From positions 9,610,001-9,674,000 of the forward strand of contig OZ210885.1 in NCBI GenBank assembly GCA_964658305.1: DNA of 64,000 nt, in the 5' to 3' direction. The position numbers and the translations under genes are program-made. The notes beneath the pieces are model-generated. The model saw only the letters and a list, made by a program, of their open reading frames with translations. It was not told the DNA's origin and ran no database searches. The stretch's first letter is position 1, and each line of letters begins with the position of its first letter. This stretch comes from Leptogorgia sarmentosa. Lineage: Eukaryota. Positions 1-12,400 of the stretch are shown here, piece after piece.

Positions 1-397
1 CACGCATAGTGTGGGCCTTAGCGTACTCAGATAATACTTAATAAGTTGTTTCGAGACTGGGATCTCGTTTAAGGTTACATTAGGAGTAACACATAGTATT
101 CTTGTTGAGATGCACACAGTTTTTTCAGTATTAAAAGTTAGTAGTTTTTATTTTGAGACTGCATGGGATCTCGTTTAAGCTTACATTAGGATAGTTACGC
201 GGATACGAACGTGACGAAGGCTCTAATCCATCTTACTATAGCTGAGCGTACGTTCAATTTTTGCAACTCGGCGATTATAGACTAGTGTGATGATCGACTA
301 AGTCGAATTTACTATAATACGGAAAGAATGCTCCGATTCAAACGTGTAAAAATACTCCAACCTTATTTATACTCCAACCAATATTGAATAACGAATA

Positions 398-495
398 CAG
401 GGTGTCTAAAAAAAAACGCAATCCTACGTTCAAATGCAATTTTCATTACGAAAAGAAATAGAAAATAGGCTATATTTACCATCGTTAGAAAGCTC
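398..495 (+). mobile_element. Tc1/mariner-type terminal repeat fragment (mirror at ~17180-17277)
   Basis: TA-cagggtgtc terminus, the same terminus type as the intact MITE at 62614-63199. Confidence 0.5.
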
Positions 496-3035
496 ACAAT
501 TTCTACAGCTTGCACAACCCCTCTTAAAGACAACAAGAGACAAACCCTCTTAAATGGGGCCACTTTGGACCCTGAAGAATAGGGCCCTATTTTTTAGCTA
601 TTTTGGGCCGAAATAAACCCAAGCAGTAGGGCCAATTTGGCCTCATTTAAGCTGAATTGGACCTGTTTATGGAATTTGGCCCCATGGAAGCAGGGCATTT
701 TGCCCCCAAAATGGCCTGTTTATGACCAAATTCACCCTTTGTTAAGGAGCAAATGCTTAACAACAAGCAACTTGGCTATAGACTCATATAATATTATAAT
801 ATTGTGTGAATGTTATTAAAAAATAAATATTATGTTTGGTAGCAAAGCATTTATTATACTGCATAAAAATTGAGATACGTACTTAAATTACCAAAATATT
901 ATTGTGAATATTATTACTATTTAAATATTATTTTTTTCCACATTGAACAGGTAGTAGGTGTCTAATAAGGCTACCAAAGCATCGCATACTTTCTTCGTTG
1001 TAACATTGCACAACACTATGCCTTCTTGGCTGTCATTGATATGCACACAGTTTTTTTCAGTATTAAAAATTAGTAGTTTTTTTATCATCACCCCTCAGAA
1101 ATGTCAGTTCCATTCTCACAAATCAGAATGGCTTTTATTATTAGCTATTAATGGGTTTAACAAGACAGAATTCACACACACAACCATGAATCACAGACTT
1201 GATTTCAAATAATAAGGACAATTTAAAACGTTTCCTACCTTCGTATCCAAGCGTTGAAGATTCTGGACAGCATTCTTTACTTCTTTAGTCTTCTGAACCT
1301 TCGCAATCCAACCTAACCTTTTTTTGCGCATATATTCTCCGACATTGAAGCGAGAATAATTTGTGGCCTTTCTAAAAGGCATTTTATTTATTGTCCTAAG
1401 ACAATTTCCACGAAACAAAAAACATACAAACTTTAAAAGGACTTTTTACTTTGATATACACCAAAAATTAAACAAAAAAGAGTTAAAACGAACGAGCCTA
1501 TACAAGACGAAGTTGATAAACTTTCACAACTTTAACCAAAGGTCGCCATTTCGCTGGTATGCCTCGAACAAGAACGGCGCCAGAGGAATTGTTTTGTTGG
1601 TTTCCATGGCAATATTGATACCATTTTCATGCGCAAGAGTCCCTCTATTTACCTATATATCTCACGTTACCCCCCGAAAAACGAGCAAAGCAAAATTCCA
1701 CGTGCAAATGAAGGAATTTTTCAATTTCTAAATTCGCTACCAGTCTCCCGAAAATCTCGCGCGCGTATGATAAATATTGTCTCAATATTAATGACCGTTT
1801 TCGTGTGCAAAAAAGCCAGGCGTGTTTACTTACATATTCCCATCATCATTCCGATCCACAACCACATCCACATCGTTCACCTGTTGAGACGCAAATAATT
1901 TAAATCGACGAAAAATCAATTTTTGCGAGTGTATAAGAATTACCGCGTGATTTTAATGACGATGCAATGCAGGCGTGACCGCCATAACAAGTACGATTGT
2001 ACTATTGGACCAGGAACTGGTCCTGAAACAAAGCAAATGGCACGATTTCATTTTGACGTATTTTGACACACGCAACATTAACGCAACTCTGTTCCTAATG
2101 TTCTCTTGCATGTATGTAATGGTTTACTGCTATAGGGAATAAGCGAATAACGCAAATACTAATTCCTTCAGTTAATTATTCAGTTAATTAAATATTCCGT
2201 CATCACAATGACACCGCGGGTCCGCGGGCAGTCCAAACATGTACAAATGTGTCAGTGCCGACACGCTTTACTTGTAAAGGAAGCTCATATAACTATCAGG
2301 CAGTAATCAATGCTTGAAATTATATTATATATTTACCTGCTCAGATTCTTCACCTTCGACGATAGTTCTTGAAATAAGGAAAAACACTTTAGCGTGCCTT
2401 TCATCGTACCGATCAGAAGGGACATTTTTCCGAAATCTTTGTTTACTGAACTAACCTTGCCTCAGGCGGTAAACCCGCCATGAGCAATCTACCATTATCT
2501 GAGCCATCAAGCAGTGATGATCTGCCTCTTAATACTTGTTGCTCGTTTCTCTCTCTCAGAAAATGTCTTCTTTCAGACGCTAAAATGGCACGACATACAA
2601 ACGTGCTACATGAAGATTGCACAACATAGTGATTCTAAAACAAAGTATCGTATCAAATCACGCATAATTTGCATGAAACACATGCATTGCCTTAATTATT
2701 TTACTTTCTCCTGTCAAATTTTGTCATTGTTCTGTTTGACCACAACTTAAAAATTGCAATTCATACCTCATTTTCCCCCTGCAGCTGAACAAGTTTAGCG
2801 GCCAGCCGCTTGCATTCCATCTCAGCCTAAAAATAGAACGTGTATATTATATATTTAGTTGAGTGAAACATTTCTTAAGATCCAGGACTCGTTCCGGTCA
2901 AAAACAGAAAAGACTGAAGCAAAATATTTTGCTAAATACTGCATAGAAATCGACAGAAATATTCATGAGAATCTTTTGTGTTGTACACGTGGGCTTTGTA
3001 ATAAATTGTGATCGATAAAAAGCGAATGCAGTGAT

Positions 3036-3326
3036 TAACAATTATTGGACGAGGTTTTTGTGATATGCGGAATTATCAAGGTCGAGGTAAGCGTTATCAG
3101 CCGAGCCGAAACCGAATTCAAAAATTGTTTTATTATACATTTGAAGAATAACAAACTAAGTATTAATGCATGAAAAACTTCATTTATCAAAACATAGGCT
3201 CATTTCGTACATAATTAGTTATCTGCTAGCAGATAACTGGATTTCTTGTGGGTTGCGTGATTGCGCGATTTAACTGTAAGCTCTTAGCCAATCAGATTGC
3301 TTTTACCATCTACAATGTATAATAAT
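3036..3326. mobile_element. Crypton-like non-autonomous hairpin element (mirror copy ~13461-13752)
   Basis: Starts taacaattattgga..., has partial long-hairpin sequence and an agccaatcag motif near a tataataat end; same layout as 12411-12727, 29135-29596 and 47935-48264. Confidence 0.5.
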
Positions 3327-3958
3327 CCACCTTGTCCCCTCTTTGTGCATTTTCCGCCACACACGTTTTTAAGTGATCAACCTGCAAATAAATAAATGTA
3401 AAATATTCAATACGAAATCCAAACACGTAGGTTTCTCCTCGTGTTCTGGAGACACAAGTTTTATTGCCTATTAATTTTCAAGAAGATTGAAAATGATCTC
3501 CGCAACCTTGTTGTATTATACAAACGTAAAATACCTTCTTCTCGTAATTTTCCAGCCTTTCTATCGATTCTTTTTCCCGTAGATCCTAAAGATAATTACG
3601 AAAGAATTTTTTGACTGTGTAAAAATCTGCCACAGAACACTTGAATGAAAAAACACAGGACACACGAACGATCCATCCAGTCACGTACTTCTTGTTTTGT
3701 CAATTTCTTGTTGCATATTTTGCTCCGTCAATTTCTCTAAATAACGTAAGAAAAAGCAATCAAGTTACCATGAGGATTAAACACAACTTCAGTAACTAAT
3801 CAATGATGGTATTAAGAAATAATAAAAAATCCTTACTAAATTTCTTCTCGTATTCGGCAATTGTGGTTTCATATTCAGCCTAAAGAAAGTGTCTGATTAC
3901 GGTTATATCACGGTTCGTTTACAGCAACAACTAAGTCATCGGCTTCAGAATTTTTAGA

Positions 3959-4073
3959 TAGGTAGCCCAACGCACGCATGACGTAACATTCAGTAGTATA
4001 ATATGATCATATATATCATAATATATCATATTATACTACTGGATGTTACGTCATGCGTGCGTTGGGCTACCTA
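3959..4073. repeat. Local hairpin with ~48-bp arms
   Basis: taggtagcccaacgcacgcatgacgtaacattcagtagtataatatgat ... atcatattatactactggatgttacgtcatgcgtgcgttgggctaccta. Confidence 0.9.
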
Positions 4074-6032
4074 TGGAAATACTCCTCCAGCCGTATTATA
4101 ACAAGATATGATCTTATATCCACGTATAACATGTGCATTTATATTTAATAAAGCACCGATCGTTCTACATGTGTTGTTAGATTATTGAAAGTTTGTGCAC
4201 GATGGCGTTTCAACATGAGGCTGAATGGATGACATTAAAAAACGTACGACAGTTTCTTTCGTGTGGCGAAGGACATGTACTTCATCTCGTAACTCTCGAG
4301 ATTCTTGAGCCAGACTTTGAAGTTGTGCTATCTATAATACAAAAAAACACGACTCAAAAACATGTCAGTGCTTTTTATCTTTTAATGTAATTGCTGCTAT
4401 TTAAATTCGATCTACTCACTCGCTCACACAAACTTATAATTAAGTGTTCTTTCTCGTATGAGTCGCATCTAGTACGAAGTTCATACCGATCTATAAATAA
4501 TAGTGAAATTTGTAAAGAAAAAAACCGACTTTTGAAAAAAGAAAGAAAACAAAACAAACAATCCAGTACTATAGGGAGAGTTTCAACACGAACATACTTG
4601 ACTCAAGAGCGCAGTTCTCTTCCCTTAGTTTTTCCACCTCTTCCCTTAATTGTTCCGCCTCTAGTCGAAGCCTGAAACATTCATCAGGATCTCTGCAAAA
4701 ATAATTGCCTGTCAGGGATTGTAGTATCTTCATATCCCTGATTTTATGAGTAATACAAGCAAGCATTTCAAACGCTTCTTGAAAACTTTCCAGTAGTTAC
4801 TGCATCCCGTAAACACATTGTTTATTGGACAACATAGAACCATAGAACTTAATTATACTATAGTCTTAAAATGTAATGCAATGTTAATGCAACAATGGGG
4901 GGCTCAACTTGCTTTTCCCTGCATCACACTTGTGCTTTACTGCAGTGTATAGTCCACTTCAAGAAAAAGATTTATAAATTTTTAAAGCAGTTTACGAACC
5001 CATATTGGTTGTTTTCGGTTCTTAGCTGTTTTTTAAGAACTTGAATTTTCAGATCTTCATTTTCAACTTCTAGGAACGAGTTGTGCTCTCTCAACATTGA
5101 TAACTACATTGTAGGAATTAAAACAAATTTATATGTATACCTACAAGCCATCACTTTTCTTTATTGATTGTTGTAAACTTATGCTGACAAAACCTGGTTT
5201 AGTCATTTACTCAGCGTTACACAATGTAATATGTGCCACTAAAAAAAATTAATGATCGACCATAACAGTACATATGCTCATACTTGTCCATCTTATTCAT
5301 GACATCTTTGCGAGATGTCTTCATTTTCTTGTATTGATAAATTCAATCGATGCTGAAAAAATACACATAATTACACGGTTGAATTGTACTGTATCTCCTA
5401 ATATTTTTTTCTATTTAGTCCATCTTTTACTACACATACACAGTTACAGTTGCAGTGTGTTTAAAAACAATCCTGTATCTCTAGATCTTGAAATGCATCA
5501 TAATAAATATCAACAGGACTTGAAACATCCTCATTTTGTAACTACACCAACAAAAAAATGTTCACATTAATTTTTCTGTTCATTTTTCAATACATAATGA
5601 GAAGACGCTGCACAATATACCTCTTGAATGGCATGCATGATTACTTCTTGCATGATCACTTAAGTTCTCTTCTTTTATTTTTTCCGGCTGTACCTGAAGG
5701 CTGAAACGTTCATGAACTCTGCAAAAATAATGGCCTGTCAGGGACTGTTGTATCTTCATATCTTCATATTATGAGTAATACAAGCAAGTATTTCAAACGC
5801 TTCTTGAAAACTTTCCAGTAGTTACTGTATACCGTAACAATAGAACCATAGGACTTAATTATACTAGTCTTTACATATGCATGTTATGGAATGTTAATGC
5901 AACAATAGGCTCAACTTGCTTTGCCCTCCATCGCACTTGTGCTTTACTGCAGTGTATAGTCCTCTTCAAGAAAAAGATTTATAAATTTTTATAGCAGTTT
6001 ACGAACCCATATTGGTTATTATCAGTTCTTAA

Positions 6033-6541
6033 AGAATGAGTCTCAGGGTAATGCATTGCGCGTTTGGTCAATGCTTGATCGGAAAATGGCGACGTAGCTA
6101 TCTTTAGAGTGTGCATTTTGATTCTGCGGACATCTCATCACTTTTGATGGAATATTCATCATTTTTTAATTAATAATGTCACTATTCTCTATTTTTCCGT
6201 GATATTTCGTATTTATTTAGCAAGTCCGTAAATAATAGTATCATACTGCTAGCCATGTCTGTGAGCGGCGCATCGGCCCCAAAGCGTGGACGTGGTTGAT
6301 CGTCCTTGATATCGTATTGCGAGACATTTAAATCTTCATCGGTCTCCGAATAAGACATTTCATTTAGAAAAAGATCAAAAGGTTTGTGAACGGATAGCAA
6401 AATGCCGAGTTGTCATATGTAATACGAGAGCAACGCTGCAACAGACGCAATATTATGCAAATCGCAATTGCTACTGTGACGTCATTCCTGGTTGTAAACC
6501 ATAACAATAAGCGCGCAATGCATTACCCTGAGACTCATTCT
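6033..6541. mobile_element. Kolobok-like non-autonomous DNA transposon
   Basis: 30-bp TIR agaatgagtctcagggtaatgcattgcgcg; TTAA on both sides (6029-6032, 6542-6545); AG...CT termini; near-empty site in the paralogous copy at ~5018-5030. Confidence 0.8.
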
Positions 6542-7034
6542 TTAACTGTTTTTAAGAACTTGAACTTTCAGATCTTCATTTTCCGCTTCAAGTATGGAAT
6601 TGTGCTCTCTCAACAATGCCATAACTACATTGTAGGAATTAAAACAAATTTATATGTATACCTACAAGCCATCACTTTTCTTTATTGATTGTTGTAAACT
6701 TATGTTGACAAAACCTGGTTTAGTCATTTACTCAGCGTTACACAATGTAATATGTGCCACTAAAAAAAATTAATGATCGACCATAACAGTACATATGCTC
6801 ATACTTGTCCATCACGTGAGAAACGTATTCATTTTGGGCCAAAACAAAACTCAATTGATGCTGAAAAAATTCACATAATTACACTGTTCAATTGTACTGT
6901 ATCTCCTAATATTATTTTTCATTTAGTCCATTTTTTACTACACATACACAGTTACAGTTGCAGTGTGTTTAAAAACAATCCTGTATCTCTAGATCTTGAA
7001 ATGCATCATCATAAATATCAACAGGACTTGAAAC

Positions 7035-7412
7035 CAGGGGCGTAGCCAAGGGGGGGAATGGGGGGGTCCGGACCCCCCCCCCCACTTTTATTCAAAACAT
7101 GTCTTTCAATTCCTTCAAAATCAAGTAAAAAAGCGAATATAAGGAATATCGGGTACGCCTCCTCATAGTCTAATCGTTATTGCATTCTCAACATCTGATT
7201 AATATATTATTTGATTAATATACACACACATTAGGCTGTTTTGTTTAAGGTTCACTTGTGAAACATTTGTTATTTTCAAGTTCATAACATCCCCGCATAA
7301 AATACATAAAATACGTTTGGACATATTTGTATGCGCAATATAACTGTATATGATCTACCGCGGATCTGGATGAATGGACCCCCTCACTTTTGTAGGGCTG
7401 GCTACGCCCCTG
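7035..7412. mobile_element. hAT-type MITE
   Basis: TIR caggggcgtagcca / tggctacgcccctg; perfect 8-bp TSD cttgaaac (7027-7034, 7413-7420); empty site at ~5518 and in the right arm (~10920). Confidence 0.9.
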
Positions 7413-7652
7413 CTTGAAACATCCCCATTTTGTAACTACACCAACAAAAAAAATGTTCACATTAATTTTTCTGTTCATTTTTCAATACATAATGAGAAGA
7501 CGCGCTGCACAATATACCTCTTGAATGGCATGCATGATTACTTCTTGCACGTCATCTGCCAGTTTCATGATTTTTGTTATGAATTCTAATAGAAAATATC
7601 TACCATTAATAAATTGTTTAATATCTATAGTGGCATTGCACTTGCACATGAT

Positions 7653-8535
7653 CTACGCCTTTTCCAGGTCATTTTCAGTGATTTCTAAACGAATTTCAGA
7701 AAACGCAGGTCAATTTCAGACATTTGCAAGTGAGGTTCTGTTAATATACAAGTCTATTTCAGACATTGACACATTCATTTCAAAAGTGTTCAAATGAATT
7801 TCAGGTTAAGGAAATGAAGGTGCGGAAGTGCAAGTGAATTTCAGAAATGTTCAATTAAACTTCAGATAATGCAATACAATTTCACACAATTCATAATGGA
7901 TTTCAGACTCATTCATTTTGAATTCAAGAATATTTTAGCATTACCTTCATTCATAAATTTTTCTTACATGATTATTACACACAAAATTTTTCTGCTACAA
8001 TCTAACAAATACCATGATATTACTTCTATCCGTGGGCGATATTCGATTATAAAGACAACGAGGCATTGTACTGTAGAGTAACAAGAGCAAGCGAGGTTAC
8101 AAGTAGGAGATTTACGTCCAACGTTTTATGATCGTCTGCTTGCCAACCAGAACTACAGCTCTTTTTAAACCTATGGTTTTTGTATTTGCATGTAATTTCC
8201 TACGGTATTTTTTTGCTTATATGCACACAGGTATTAATCCTTGTAATTCTAAGGGAATAGACAGATATTTTGTTTGGTATTCCCTGAAATTTACTTGTTA
8301 ATGTTTGAATTTCAATTGCAAATATCTGATTTTGTTATGGAGAATCTGAATATCTTTTGGACTAATCTGAAATTTACCTGACATATTTGCAAACATTTGG
8401 AAATATATGAATTTCATTTGGAAAATTTGAATATCAGTTATAAAGTTCTGAAATTTATTTGTCGAAACTGAATATTATCTAAAAATATTTGAATTTCATC
8501 TTGAATTGTCTAAAAATGACCTGGAAAAGGTGTAG
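7653..8535. mobile_element. TIR element with subterminal ~7-bp periodic (aattca/atttcag-like) arrays, inside a Hook intron; mirror copy 9794-10690
   Basis: In the right-arm copy the 26-bp TIR ctacaccttttccaggtcattttcag / ctgaaaatgacctggaaaaggtgtag is perfect; inward-facing arrays of ttca-containing heptamers. Confidence 0.65.
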
Positions 8536-8952
8536 TCTCTACATGCAGCTAAGATAAAATTAGCCTGTAGGTGGTAGACTTCAGGAACCAAAACAGCAGG
8601 GTAAGGTACAAGGTTAAAATGCACTGTTTTGTACAAAGATTACCTTGTTTCCCATCACAAGTGACGGCACATCCGAGAATTGATTGGAGCAACCGCCCCA
8701 ACTCCTTCTTGTCATGTTTTTCAGCTGTAATTTGGAAATATTGTGAACTCAAATACTGCAGCAATATCAAAGTGTTAAAATTCATAAAATCTGTGTACTG
8801 GTATAGATCTGTTAATTGGTAGGACTTACCAATACAAGCAACTTCAGGCAGTGGAAATTGGTCCATTTCAATATTGGGAACCTGTAGTTGAAATAAAGCT
8901 TTTTTTACATGAAAAAGTAATATAAAGTAATATAGAGACGTAAATAAGTCGT

Positions 8953-9376
8953 TAATCCCCGAGCCACGGCGCGAAGCGCCGTCCGGGCGGTCATACTAAA
9001 TACCGTCAACAACCGTCAACTACCGTCAACCACCGTCAACAGGTCGATAAATACCGTCAACAAGCGACAACAAGCAGCAAATACTGTCAACAAGCAGAAA
9101 ATTCCGTAAATTTATATATCTAAACATGTTTAAATCTTAATTAACTAAATTCGATAAATTGGGTGGTTCTTGTAGTATGCGAAGTTTAACACCAGTTCTA
9201 CGCAGGTGCGGACTCTCAGCTCGCATGACAATGTTTCATCGCCATAAATTGCGACCGAAACTGAGTTGAACAGGCAATTACCATCGCCTTTCACATGGAC
9301 TGGTACTCGGGATACCGTTCCACACAAGTTGATCACATACTGGGAATACTCGTGAATCTTGTTGGCTCGGGGATTA
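8953..9376. mobile_element. Putative small non-autonomous element at the palindrome axis
   Basis: Termini taatccccgagcca / tggctcggggatta; hairpin cggcgc-GAA-gcgccg at 8967-8981; tandem decamer (N)accgtcaac x4 at 9001-9040 plus degenerate copies to ~9095; OTU-like fragment inside. Confidence 0.5.
9145..9336 (-). pseudogene. OTU-like (vertnin-type) cysteine protease fragment
   Basis: VKGDGNCLFNSVSVAIYGDETLSCELRVRTCVELV carries the OTU catalytic GDGNCLF motif. Only ~63 aa; the catalytic His half is missing. Confidence 0.75.
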
Positions 9377-9447
9377 ACGACTTATTTACGTCTCTATATT
9401 ACTTTATATTACTTTTTCATGTAAAAAAAGTTTTATTTCAACTACAG

Positions 9448-12400
9448 GTTCCCAATATTGAAATGGACCAATTTACACTGCCTGATGTTGCTTGTATTGG
9501 TAAGTCCTACCAATTAACAGATCTATACCAGTACACAGATTTTATGAATTTTAACACTTTGATATTGCTGCAGTATTTGAGTTCACAATATTTCCAAATT
9601 ACAGCTGAAAAACATGACAAGAAGGAGTTGGGGCGGTTGCTCCAATTAATTCTCGGATGTGCCGTCACTTGTGATGGGAAACAAGGTAATCTTTGTACAA
9701 AACAGTGCATTTTAACCTTGTTCCTTACCCTGCTGCTTTGGTTCCGGAAGTGTACCACCTACAGGCTAATTTTATCTGAGCTGCATGTAGAGACTACACC
9801 TTTTCCAGGTCATTTTCAGACAATTCAAGATGAAATTCAAATATTTAGAGATAATATTCAGTTTAGACAAATAAATTTCAGAACTTTATAACTGATATTC
9901 AAATTTTCCAAATGAAATTCATATATTTCCAAATGTTTGCAAATATGTCAGGTAAATTTCAGATTAGTCCAAAAGATATTCAGATTCTCCATAACAAAAT
10001 CAGATATTTGCAATTGAAATTCAAACATTAACAAGTAAATTTCAGGGAATATCAAACAAAATTCAGACACGCTCAATCTTTCTATTCCCTTAGAATTACA
10101 AGGATTAATACCTGTGTGCATATAAGCAAGAAAATACCGTAGGAAATTACATGCAAATACAACAACGATAGGTTTAAAAAGAGCTGTAGTTCTGGTTGGC
10201 AAGCAGACGATCATAAAACGTTGGACGTAAATCTCCTACTTGTAACCTGGCTTGCTCTTGTTACTCTACAGTACAATGCCTCGTTGTCTTTATAATCGAA
10301 TATCGCCCACGGATAGAAGTAATATATCATGGTATTTGTTAGATTGTAGCAAAAGAATTTTGTGTGTATTAATCATGTAAGAAAAATTTATGAATGAAGG
10401 TAATGCTAAAATATTCTTGAATTCAAAATGAATGAGTCTGAAATCCATTATGAATTGTGTGAAATTGTATTGCATTATCTGAAGTTTACTTGAACATTTC
10501 TGAAAATCACTTGCACTTCTGCGCCTTCATTTCCTTAACCTGAAATTCATTTGAACACTTTTGAAATGAATGTGTCAATGTCTGAAATAGACTTGTATTA
10601 ACTGAACCTCAACTTGCAAATGTCTGAAATTGACCTGCGTTTTCTGAAATTCGTTTAGAAATCACTGAAAATGACCTGGAAAAGGTGTAGATCATGTGCA
10701 AGTGCAATGCCACTATAGATATGAAACAATTTATTAATGGTAGATATTTTCTATTAGAATTCATAACAAAAATCATGAAACTGGCAGATGACGTGCAAGA
10801 AGTAATCATGCATGCCATTCAAGTGGTATATTGTGCAGCGTCTTCTCATTATGTATTGAAAAATGAACAGAAAAATTAATGTGAACATTTTTTTGTTGGT
10901 GTAGTTACAAAATGGGGATGTTTCAAGTCCTGTTGATATTTATTATGATGCATTTCAAGATCTAGAGATACAGGATTGTTTTTAAACACACTGCAACTGT
11001 AACTGTGTATGTGTAGTAAAAAATGGACTAAATGGAAAATAATATTAGGAGATACAGTACAATTCAACCGTGTAATTATGTGTATTTTTTCAGCATCGAT
11101 TGAATTTATCAATTCAAGAAAATGAAGACATATCGCAAAGATGTCATGAACAAGATGGACAAGTATGAGCATATGTACTGTTATGGTCGATCATTAATTT
11201 TTTTTAGTGGCACATATTACATTGTGTAACGCTGAGTAAATGACTAAACCAGGTTTTGTCAGCATAAGTTTACAACAATCAATAAAGAAAAGTGATGGCT
11301 TGTAGGTATACATATAAATTTGTTTTAATTCCTACAATGTAATTAATTATCAATGTTGAGAGAGCAGAACTCGTTCTTGGAAGTTGAAAATGAAGATCTG
11401 AAAATTCAAGTTCTTAAAAAACAGCTAAGAACCGAAGACAACCAATATGGGTTCGTAAACTGCTTTAAAAATTTATAAATCTTTTTCCTTGAAGTGGACT
11501 ATACACTGCAGTAAAGCACAAGTGCGATGCAGGGAAAAGCAAGTTGAGCCCCCATTGTTGCATTAACATTGCATTACATTTTAAGACTATAGTATAATTA
11601 AGTTCTATGGTTCTATGTTGTCCAATAAACAATGTGTTTACGGTATGCAGTAACTACTGGAAAATTTTCAAGAAGCGTTTGAAATGCTTGCTTGTATTAC
11701 TCATAAAATCAGAGATATGAAGATACTACAGTCCCTGACAGGCAATTATTTTTGCAGAGATCCTGATGAATGTTTCAGGCTTCGACTAGAGGCGGAACAA
11801 TTAAGGGAAGAGGTGGAACAACTAAGGGAAGAGAACTGCGCTCTTGAGTCAAGCCTGTTCGTGTTGAAACTCTTCCTACTACTGGATTGTTTGTTTTGTT
11901 TTTCTTTTTTCAGGAGTCGGTTTTTTCTTTACAAATTTCACTATTATTTATGGATCGGGATGAACTTCGTACTAGATGCGACTCATACGAGAAAGAACAC
12001 TTAAGTTTGTGTGAGCGAGTGAGTAGATCGAATTTAAAGAACAGCAATTACATTAAAACATAAAAAGCACTGACATGTTTTTGAGTCGTGTTTTTTTGTA
12101 TTATAGATAGCACAACTTCAAAGTCTGGCTCAAGAATCTCGAGAGTTACGAGATGAAGTTCATGTCCTTCGCCACACGAAAGAAACTGTCGTACGTTTTT
12201 TAATGTATTATCCATTCAGCCTCTTGTTAAAACGCCATCGTGCACAAACTTTCAATAATCTAACAACACATGTAGAACGATCGGTGCTTTATTAAATATA
12301 AATGCACATGTTATACGTTGATATAAGATCATATCTTGTTATAATACGGCTGGAGGAGTATTTCCATAGGTAGCCCAACGCACGCATGACGTAACATCCA

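Larger units (their letters stand above)
2456..8881 (-). pseudogene. HOOK: Hook-family gene, mirror copy in the left arm, further disrupted by an internal duplication and MITE insertions
   Basis: Reverse-complement copy of the right-arm exons; ORF 8549-8866 contains ELGRLLQSILGCAVTCDGKQ. There is a premature stop in the 2456-2579 exon, and ~5690-7034 duplicates ~4670-5530. Confidence 0.85.

Noticed and set aside
9295..9891. 198-aa ORF as a real protein
   Set aside because: It is a chance read-through of two Hook exons, introns and a heptamer-repeat element.
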